Positions 37,633-44,758 of a DNA stretch of 64,000 nt are shown one piece after another (the first letter of the stretch is position 1; each line of letters opens with the position of its first letter). The position numbers and the translations under genes were made by a program. The stretch is from positions 19,466 through 83,465 of the forward strand of contig JAZOQU010000001.1 of the NCBI GenBank assembly GCA_045656225.1. Direction: 5' to 3'. The notes under the pieces were generated by a model. That model made no database searches. It saw only the letters and a list, made by a program, of their open reading frames with translations, and was not told the DNA's origin. Origin of the DNA: Kiritimatiellia bacterium (lineage in GTDB: Bacteria > Verrucomicrobiota > Kiritimatiellia > RFP12 > UBA1067).

Positions 37633-38891
37633 ATTTTCTCGAACAGCTCGCCGCCCGCCGTCGCTTCGGAATGAGGCCCGGACTTTCAACCATCCGTGCC
37701 GTCTGCCGTTCGCTCGGCGATCCGCAGGAGCGGATCAGGGCGGTTCACATAGCGGGAACGAACGGGAAGGGAGCCGTTGCGGCGCTTTTGGACGCTTCGC
37801 TCCGGTCCGCCGGACTGAAGGTAGGCCGCTACACCTCGCCTCATCTGGTAAGACTCAACGAGCGCTTTTTTCTGAACGGGTCGCCCGTTGATGACGACAA
37901 GCTCGAGGAAATTTCACTGCGCGTAGAGAAGGCCGTTTCGTCTACGGGCGACGCCGGAGAAGGGACCACATTTTTCGAGGCGTTGACTGCCGTCGCGTTT
38001 TCGCTTTATGCCGACAGCAGCGTTGACGCGGCGGTTCTTGAAACGGGTCTCGGCGGGCGTCTCGACGCGACGAATATCTGTAACCCCGCCCTCACGGTTA
38101 TAACGCGTATCGGACTTGATCATTGCGACTGGCTCGGAGATACCGTAGAAAAAATCGCTGTTGAAAAGGCTGGAATAATCAAGAGCGGCGTGCCTGTCGT
38201 GCTCGGCGAAAATCTCCCCGAAGTGCGCAAGATTATCGAAAAACGCGCCTGTGAACTTGACGCTCCCTTTTATTATGCTCCGGATATGGCGCTTGAACTG
38301 GAAATTCCCGCCGGCTATTCGCTTCAAGGCTCCTTCAATCGCGAAAACGCATTGACGGCCATCGCCGCACTGAAGGTAATCCGCGAGAGGAAACTCTTTA
38401 ATCTACCTCAAGCCGAACGGTTAAATGACGGTTTCTCGAATGTCGTCTGGCCCGGACGTTTCCAGAAGGCCGGCAATGTGCTTGTCGACGGCGCCCACAA
38501 TCCCCCCGCCGCGCGTGCGTTGGTCAACGCTCTTAAGGAACTGCCCGAGAAAAAGTATATTCTCGTCGCAGGCTTTTGCGCCGACAAGGATGTCGGCGAG
38601 ACGCTTTCTATTCTTGCACCTTTCGTTTCAAAGGCGTATGCTGTTAAAACGAACAATCCGCGCTCGCTTGAACCGTCCGAGCTTGCGCTCAAGATGCGCT
38701 CGCAAGGCATCGACGCCGATACGTCATCGACGTTAAGTGAGGCTCTCCGGCTGGCGAAAGCCGATGTTCAGTCGACAGGCGGAGCAGCGGTACTTGTGTG
38801 CGGTTCTCTCTTTCTCGCCGGCGAGGCGCTTGTTGCATTGAACGCCTATCCGTGGTCATTTTCACGTTTCGATCTCTCTGAGCGTTTGTAA
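37629..38891 (+). CDS. folC: bifunctional folylpolyglutamate synthase / dihydrofolate synthase
   Basis: An ATGA overlap joins it to the upstream stop. P-loop HIAGTNGKGAV and a Mur-ligase-type core (LETGLGGRLDATN) are present. I reject the listed 37572 start. Confidence 0.85.
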   Translation: MNFLEQLAARRRFGMRPGLSTIRAVCRSLGDPQERIRAVHIAGTNGKGAVAALLDASLRSAGLKVGRYTSPHLVRLNERFFLNGSPVDDDKLEEISLRVEKAVSSTGDAGEGTTFFEALTAVAFSLYADSSVDAAVLETGLGGRLDATNICNPALTVITRIGLDHCDWLGDTVEKIAVEKAGIIKSGVPVVLGENLPEVRKIIEKRACELDAPFYYAPDMALELEIPAGYSLQGSFNRENALTAIAALKVIRERKLFNLPQAERLNDGFSNVVWPGRFQKAGNVLVDGAHNPPAARALVNALKELPEKKYILVAGFCADKDVGETLSILAPFVSKAYAVKTNNPRSLEPSELALKMRSQGIDADTSSTLSEALRLAKADVQSTGGAAVLVCGSLFLAGEALVALNAYPWSFSRFDLSERL

Positions 38892-38943
38892 CATCCGTTG
38901 TTTGACGGAAATATTACAGTTGGTCATCAGCGCTGTAAAGGAT

Positions 38944-38972
38944 TTGGAAAGTACAGTTCTTTGTGGTATAAT
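38944..38972 (+). promoter_or_regulatory. promoter TTGGAA-17-(TGg)TATAAT
   Basis: The -35 element is at 38944-38949 and the extended -10 at 38964-38972. The glgB ATG lies 30 nt downstream, preceded by AAGGAA. Confidence 0.55.
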
Positions 38973-39001
38973 ATTACCATTAAGACGAAAGGAACGCCAA
39001 G

Positions 39002-40999
39002 ATGCCCAAGTTGTTAGATGATGTTTATCTTAAGCCGTTTGAAAATGCGATACGCGGAAGAGCGGAAAACGCATTTAGAAGGGCTCGTGAGTTGACATGC
39101 GGCAAGTCTCTTTCGGAATGGGCGAGCGCACATGAGTTTTACGGGCTTCATCGTACGAAGGACGGTTGGGTTTTTCGCGAGTGGGCTCCTAACGCTACCT
39201 CGATGTGGCTCGTCGGAGATTTTTCAGGATGGAAAATAAACCCCGATTTCGAGCTTTTCCGTATTCCGGGAACCGATACGTGGGGGCGCGAATTTCCTAA
39301 AGACGCGATAAAAGACGGCGACAACTACCGCCTCGAAATGCGCTGGGAGGGCGGACACGGCGAGCGCATTCCCGCCTACGCCCGTTATGTCGTTCAGGAT
39401 CCACAGACGAAGCTTTACTCGGCCCGCGTTTACGAGCCCGCTAAAAAATACGTGTGGAAAAACTCGGCTCCCGCGAAACGTCCGGGCTTCAGGCCGTTTA
39501 TTTACGAGGCCCATGTCGGGATGGCGAGTGAAGAAGGTAAGGTGGCAACATACGCGGAATTCCGCGACAATATTCTTCCGCGCATCAAGAAAGCCGGATA
39601 TAACGTCGTCCAGCTTATGGCGATAATGGAGCATCCGTACTACGGCAGTTTTGGATATCATGTAAGCTCCTTTTTCGCCGCGTCGTCGCGTTTCGGTACG
39701 CCTGACGAGCTTAAGTCCCTTATCGATACCGCCCACGGGATGGGGCTAAGGGTGATTATGGATATCGTCCATTCCCATTCGGTGAAGAATGAGCGCGACG
39801 GTCTTAGCTGCTTTGACGGAACGGAATGGCAGTATTTCCATTCAGGCGCGAAGGGATGGCATAGGGCTTGGGACAGCCGCTGCTTCGATTACGGCAAGAC
39901 GAACGTCATTCATTTCCTTCTTTCAAACTGCAAGTTTTGGCTTGAAGAATATCATTTCGACGGTTACCGCTTCGACGGAGTTACCTCGATGCTCTTCTGG
40001 GATCACGGGCTCGGAGATTCGTTCACGAATTACGGGATGTACTTCAACGGTTCGATGGACGACGACGCGTGGTGCTATCTCCAGCTCGCGAACCGTGTCA
40101 TCCACGAGGTGAATCCTGACGCCATCACGATAGCCGAGGACGTTTCCGGAATGCCGGGGTGCGCTGCCCCCGTAAAGGATTGCGGAATGGGCTTCGACTA
40201 CCGCATGGCGATGGGCGTTCCGGATTTCTGGTTCCGTCTCGCGGAGAAGGTTCGCGACGACGATTGGCCGATGGGCGGAATCTACTACGAACTTACCAAC
40301 AAGCGCGCCGAGGAGAAGGTCGTCAGTTACGTCGAGTCCCACGATCAGGCTCTCGTCGGCGGAAAGACGTTTTTCTTCCAGCTCGCCGACGCCGCTATCT
40401 ACTGGGGTATGGCGAAAGATCAGCACGGACTCGAGGTCGAGCGCGCGATCGCGCTTCACAAGATGGCCCGCCTCGCAACGGCGGCGTTGAGCGCAGGGGC
40501 GTATCTTAATTTCATGGGCAACGAGTTCGGCCATCCCGAATGGATCGATTTCCCGCGCGCCGAGAACGGCTGGGATTATTCGCACGCGCGACGCCAGTGG
40601 TCTCTTCGGGATGATCCGGGGCTCAGGTTCAAGGCGCTCGCCGACTTTGACGAGATGATGATTTCCGCTCTTGCCGCCGACCGCAAACGCTCGCGGCCCA
40701 TTCATCTTCTCTCGAACGAGCCTGACAAGGTTCTCGCTTTCATCCGCGGGGACTTGATGTTCGTCTTCAATTTCCATCCGTCGAATTCGTACACGGATTA
40801 CGGCGTTATCGTTCCGCCCGCGACGAAGTGGAGTCATTTCTTCGATTCCGACGAGGAACGTTTCGGCGGACAGGGCCGTATCAAGGCGGGGCAGAAATAT
40901 GAGCCGGTGTTGGTAGAAGACAAATCCGAGCTTGTGCAGCAGATTAAGCTTTATCTTCCCGCGCGCACCGTTACTGTTCTCAAGCATGTCCGCTCATAG
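39002..40999 (+). CDS. glgB: 1,4-alpha-glucan branching enzyme (GH13, eukaryote-like subtype)
   Basis: GH13 regions I-IV are present (DIVHSHS; GYRFDGVTSM; IAEDVSGMP; YVESHDQ). Length is 665 aa. Confidence 0.85.
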   Translation: MPKLLDDVYLKPFENAIRGRAENAFRRARELTCGKSLSEWASAHEFYGLHRTKDGWVFREWAPNATSMWLVGDFSGWKINPDFELFRIPGTDTWGREFPKDAIKDGDNYRLEMRWEGGHGERIPAYARYVVQDPQTKLYSARVYEPAKKYVWKNSAPAKRPGFRPFIYEAHVGMASEEGKVATYAEFRDNILPRIKKAGYNVVQLMAIMEHPYYGSFGYHVSSFFAASSRFGTPDELKSLIDTAHGMGLRVIMDIVHSHSVKNERDGLSCFDGTEWQYFHSGAKGWHRAWDSRCFDYGKTNVIHFLLSNCKFWLEEYHFDGYRFDGVTSMLFWDHGLGDSFTNYGMYFNGSMDDDAWCYLQLANRVIHEVNPDAITIAEDVSGMPGCAAPVKDCGMGFDYRMAMGVPDFWFRLAEKVRDDDWPMGGIYYELTNKRAEEKVVSYVESHDQALVGGKTFFFQLADAAIYWGMAKDQHGLEVERAIALHKMARLATAALSAGAYLNFMGNEFGHPEWIDFPRAENGWDYSHARRQWSLRDDPGLRFKALADFDEMMISALAADRKRSRPIHLLSNEPDKVLAFIRGDLMFVFNFHPSNSYTDYGVIVPPATKWSHFFDSDEERFGGQGRIKAGQKYEPVLVEDKSELVQQIKLYLPARTVTVLKHVRS

Positions 41000-41089
41000 G
41001 ATTTATACCGCTAATGCCTCGATAAGTGTATTTTCTTCCGGATCACATGCGTGAAAGGTTGCGGATTTTCACAATCGGGTCGGTATTTT

Positions 41090-41098
41090 TGGTATAAT
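41090..41098 (+). promoter_or_regulatory. extended -10 promoter (TGgTATAAT)
   Basis: The motif match is exact and lies 25 nt upstream of the ATG at 41124, which is preceded by GAAAGGAAG. Confidence 0.5.
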
Positions 41099-41123
41099 AT
41101 AGCGGTTTTATGAAAGGAAGATA

Positions 41124-41687
41124 ATGAGCATCCAATCCAAAGTCGGCGAGCGGATTAAAACATACCGCGAGCGCCTCGAAATGAGTGTTGAAGATCTCGC
41201 TCAAAAAAGCGGGGTCTCTGGTTATATTATTAAATCTATCGAATCGTCCGAAGTCCTTCCTGCATTAGGAGTTTTGACTAAGATTTCGCGTGCTCTCGGT
41301 CAGCGTCTCGGTACGTTCATGGACGATCAGTTTAAGCCTGATCCCATTATCACGCGCGCTGCCGATCTTGAGGCTGCGAAGGTTGCCCGTCACGGGATGA
41401 ACGAGTTCGGCTATGCCACCCACTCTCTCGCCATCGGTAAGCCCGACCGCCACATGGATCCGTTCCGCATCGAACTCGCGGCGGGCGGACAGGCTAAAGA
41501 TTCGTCGCACGAGGGTGAAGAACTTATCATTTGTCTTGCCGGCGAAGTCGAATTGCAGTACGGTAACGAGAAGTCCGTCCTTAAGGCGGGCGATACGGCT
41601 TATTACAACAGTGTCGTAAAGCATTCTCTTCGCGCGATGGGCGATAAGCCCGCGTCGATTTACGGTATTGTTTTCATGCCGTTTTAA
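41124..41687 (+). CDS. XRE-family HTH transcriptional regulator with C-terminal cupin domain
   Basis: The N-terminus is an HTH_3-like segment (IKTYRERLEMSVEDLAQKSGVSGYIIKSIE). The C-terminus is cupin-like (HEGEELIICLAGEVELQYG..GDTAYYNSVVKHSL). Confidence 0.8.
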   Translation: MSIQSKVGERIKTYRERLEMSVEDLAQKSGVSGYIIKSIESSEVLPALGVLTKISRALGQRLGTFMDDQFKPDPIITRAADLEAAKVARHGMNEFGYATHSLAIGKPDRHMDPFRIELAAGGQAKDSSHEGEELIICLAGEVELQYGNEKSVLKAGDTAYYNSVVKHSLRAMGDKPASIYGIVFMPF

Positions 41688-41719
41688 GTTTTAACATCCC
41701 TAAAATCAAGGAGAGTTAG

Positions 41720-42550
41720 ATGAGCTGGTTCCAACCTAAGACAGAAAAGCCGAAGATTCCACCGGCCAAGGCGCTTTGGGCGATCTGCCCCAAATGCAAA
41801 AGCCACTTTACGAAGGAAGTCTGGAAGAAGAACGACTCGATTTGCCCTAAATGTAATTATCACGGTCGTCTTTCGGCCCGCGAGCGCATTTCGCGAATTG
41901 CCGACGAGGGTTCTTTCGCTGAAATCTTCAGCGAGATTTCCTACAGCGATCATCTCAACTTTCACGATGCGACGGGAGATTACAAGTCCAAGGTCGAAGC
42001 GACCATCGCTAAGCTCGGCGAGAAGGAGTCGGTCGTCGTCGGCACGTGCGAGATCGACGGCCATAAGGCTGTTCTCGGCGTTATGGACTTCTCGTTCATG
42101 GGCGGTAGCCTCGGTACGGGCGCGGGCGAGAGAATCGCCAGAGCCTGCGAGTTCGCCGTCAAGGAGAACCGTCCGCTCGTCATCTTCTCCGCTTCCGGCG
42201 GTGCGCGTATGCACGAGGGAATTCTTTCGCTTATGCAGATGACTAAGACTTCGGCCGCGATCGGGCGCCTTAAAGACGCGGGGCTCGCCTACATCTCCGT
42301 TCTCACCGATCCCACGACGGGCGGAGTCAGCGCCTCGTACGCGATGCTCGGCGACATCAACATCACCGAGCCGCGCGCGCTCATCGGTTTCGCCGGCCGC
42401 CGCGTTATCGAGAACACGATCAAGCAGAAGCTTCCCGCCGATTTCCAGTCTGCTGAATATCTTGAGAAGCACGGCTTTGTCGATAAGATCGTCGAGCGAA
42501 AGAACATGAAGGCGTTCATCGCCAAGATGCTTAATTTCTGGGGGTTCTGA
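41720..42550 (+). CDS. accD: acetyl-CoA carboxylase carboxyltransferase subunit beta
   Basis: An N-terminal zinc ribbon (CPKCKSH...CPKCNYH) and a carboxyltransferase core (MGGSLG, SGGARMHEG) are present. Confidence 0.9.
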   Translation: MSWFQPKTEKPKIPPAKALWAICPKCKSHFTKEVWKKNDSICPKCNYHGRLSARERISRIADEGSFAEIFSEISYSDHLNFHDATGDYKSKVEATIAKLGEKESVVVGTCEIDGHKAVLGVMDFSFMGGSLGTGAGERIARACEFAVKENRPLVIFSASGGARMHEGILSLMQMTKTSAAIGRLKDAGLAYISVLTDPTTGGVSASYAMLGDINITEPRALIGFAGRRVIENTIKQKLPADFQSAEYLEKHGFVDKIVERKNMKAFIAKMLNFWGF

Positions 42551-42552
42551 TC

Positions 42553-43404
42553 ATGGCTAAAAAAACAGTTAAGAAAACGGTCGCTAAAAAAGCTCCTGAA
42601 AAGGCTAAAGCTCTTACCGCGTGGGATAAGGTTAAGATCGCGCGCGACGCCAAGCGTCCTCATGTTAAGGATTTCATCGCCGGCGTATGCTCCGATTTCG
42701 AAGAGCTTCACGGCGACAGAATCGTCAACGACGATAAGGCGATGGTAGCGGGCTTCGGTACGATTGAAGGTATCAACTGCCTTATTCTCGGCCACAACAA
42801 GGGCGCCACGATCGAAGAGAACATGGAGTCCAACTTCGGTATGGTTACTCCCGACGGGTATCGTAAGGCGATGCGCTTGGCGAAACTCGCCGAGCGTTTC
42901 GGCAATCCGATCGTCACTTTCGTCGATACTCCCGGCGCATATCCCGGCCGCGAGGCCGAGGAGCGCGGTCAAGCCGAGGCGATCGCGAAGAGCCTTGAGT
43001 TCTTCTCAGGCCTTAAGACTCCGATTGTCGTCGTCGTTACGGGCGAGGGCGGCTCCGGAGGTGCGCTCGCCATCGCCGTCGGCGACAGGATCCTCATGAT
43101 GGAGAATGCGGTTTATTCGGTTATTTCGCCCGAGGGCTGCGCCGGTATTCTCTGGCGCGACGGTGCGAGAGCGCCCGAGGCTGCCGAAGCTCTTAAGATT
43201 ACCGCTCCCGAACTTCTTAAGCTCGGTGCGATTGATGAGATTATCCCTGAGCCCAAGGCCGGTGCGCACAAGAACCCCGAGGCGGCTATAAAGGCCGTCA
43301 AGAAGGCTGTAGTAAAGGCTCTTAAGGAGCTCACTTCCATCGAGACGGATGATCTCGTAGAAGGGCGTTACAATAAGATCCGTTCCTACGGTAATTTCTA
43401 TTGA
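42553..43404 (+). CDS. accA: acetyl-CoA carboxylase carboxyltransferase subunit alpha
   Basis: Core motifs are present (FVDTPGAYPGREAEERGQAEAIA, GEGGSGGALAI, SVISPEGCAGILW). The Lys-rich N-terminus is shorter than in E. coli AccA. Confidence 0.9.
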   Translation: MAKKTVKKTVAKKAPEKAKALTAWDKVKIARDAKRPHVKDFIAGVCSDFEELHGDRIVNDDKAMVAGFGTIEGINCLILGHNKGATIEENMESNFGMVTPDGYRKAMRLAKLAERFGNPIVTFVDTPGAYPGREAEERGQAEAIAKSLEFFSGLKTPIVVVVTGEGGSGGALAIAVGDRILMMENAVYSVISPEGCAGILWRDGARAPEAAEALKITAPELLKLGAIDEIIPEPKAGAHKNPEAAIKAVKKAVVKALKELTSIETDDLVEGRYNKIRSYGNFY

Positions 43405-43464
43405 GATTTTGACTGATATAAAACAATACATGCGTCGTAAGGCGTTCTATTCAATAAAAGTAAG

Positions 43465-44361
43465 ATGAAAATAAAAAAACTCAAAGGTCTTATCGCGGCT
43501 GCTCACACAGCGTTTAACGATGACGGCAGTGTCAATTACGACGTCATCCCCAAGCAGGCTCAAATGCTTATCAAGCAGAACGTTACGGGCGTTTATGTAA
43601 GCGGAACGACAGGCGAGGGTGTCCACTGTTCCACTGAAGAGCGCAAGAAGGTTTTTGATGCCTGGACCAAAGCCGCGAAGGGTAAACTTTACCTCATCGC
43701 CCATGTGGGTTCCTTGTCGCTTCCCGATACGCAGGAACTTGCCCGCTACGCCCAGGAGATCGGTATGGATGCGACATCGATTGTGCCGCCGTGTTTCTTC
43801 CGTCCCGGTTCGATCCAGGGTCTTATCGATTATATCAACGAGGCTCTCAAGTACGCCGATAAGATTCCGTTCTATTATTACCACACATCAATGAGCGGTG
43901 TCACTTTCGATATGGAAGCGTTCTTAAAGGCGGCCGACGGCAAGATCAAGAATCTCGCCGGCATCAAGTTCAACTATCCAGATCTCTATATGTATCAGCG
44001 CTGCCTTAAGGCCTGCGGAGGTAAATATGATATCACGTGGGGTATCGACGAATGGTTTGCCGGCGCGGTCGCTCTCGGTGCTGAATCAGCCATAGGCTCC
44101 ACATACAACTATTCGGCCGGTATCTATTACAAGATTTGGGACGCCGTAAAGAAGGGCGATCTCAAAACTTCTCAGAAGCTCATGAAGAAGGTGTGCGATA
44201 TCGTCGACATTCTCGTTGAGTTCGGCGGTGTCGCCGCCGGCAAGGCGATGTGTGCTGTTCACGGTGTCGATCTCGGCACGGTCCGTGTACCGTTGAAGCC
44301 CCTTACAAAAGAGCAGAAGACCGAGATTGTCAGCCGCCTTAAAAAGATCGGGTATAAGTAA
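43465..44361 (+). CDS. nanA: N-acetylneuraminate lyase (DapA/NanA family)
   Basis: The protein is collinear with NanA/NPL (GVYVSGTTGEG; LIAHVGS; AGIKFNYPDLYMY with the Schiff-base Lys; GSTYN). Confidence 0.75.
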   Translation: MKIKKLKGLIAAAHTAFNDDGSVNYDVIPKQAQMLIKQNVTGVYVSGTTGEGVHCSTEERKKVFDAWTKAAKGKLYLIAHVGSLSLPDTQELARYAQEIGMDATSIVPPCFFRPGSIQGLIDYINEALKYADKIPFYYYHTSMSGVTFDMEAFLKAADGKIKNLAGIKFNYPDLYMYQRCLKACGGKYDITWGIDEWFAGAVALGAESAIGSTYNYSAGIYYKIWDAVKKGDLKTSQKLMKKVCDIVDILVEFGGVAAGKAMCAVHGVDLGTVRVPLKPLTKEQKTEIVSRLKKIGYK

Positions 44362-44377
44362 TAGAAATTCACAAAGT

Positions 44378-44422
44378 GAAATAAATTGAGGCAGGCCAAG
44401 TCGGCTTGCCTTAATTTATTTC
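44378..44422 (+). terminator. long hairpin after nanA (20-bp stem, 5-nt loop)
   Basis: The arm gaaataaattgaggcaggcc pairs with ggcttgccttaatttatttc (18 Watson-Crick pairs plus 2 G-U). The 3' arm is U-rich. This segment is also homologous to the leaders of the two giant genes. Confidence 0.55.
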
Positions 44423-44574
44423 ATAGTGCATAATGCCCATCGTGCTCCACGCGGTGGGTACAACTTAAGGGGAGCGCGAGGGGGTGAGAGTTGGCGTCAG
44501 GAGGGTGGATGAGTTTGGGGTGTTGATTGGATAAGTTGTTAAAATGAGTGAAAATTGCGCTTTTTATTAAGTTA

Positions 44575-44583
44575 CCCCCCCCC
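44575..44583 (+). repeat. homopolymeric C9 tract upstream of the giant gene 1 promoter
   Basis: The context gttaCCCCCCCCCatcga was counted by hand. The tract ends 17 nt before the putative -35 element. Confidence 0.9.
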
Positions 44584-44600
44584 ATCGATACTTCTAAGAG

Positions 44601-44629
44601 TTGTTTTTAGTAATTAGAATTGATAGAAT
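44601..44629 (+). promoter_or_regulatory. putative promoter TTGTTT-17-(TGa)TAGAAT of giant gene 1
   Basis: It aligns position-for-position with TTGATT-17-(TGc)TAAAAT upstream of giant gene 2. The implied leader is about 120 nt. Confidence 0.45.
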
Positions 44630-44758
44630 TTCCTAAATAATGGTCACAGGATTATGGATGAAATATGCAGTATCGAAATTGGTTAGGTAAAAGCGAGTTG
44701 AGTTAATTCGCCTTAATTGATGTTCGTGATGCATGATTCAAAAAAAACGGAGTAAGTT

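Noticed and set aside
39923-40987. 354-aa minus-strand ORF
   Set aside because: It lies antisense to glgB, whose GH13 regions I-IV are all intact on the + strand.
44461-44520. G-quadruplex-forming G-runs (GGGG, GGGGG, GGG, GGGG) upstream of giant gene 1
   Set aside because: The loops between G-runs are long (7 to about 19 nt) and irregular, and the pattern is not conserved upstream of giant gene 2.
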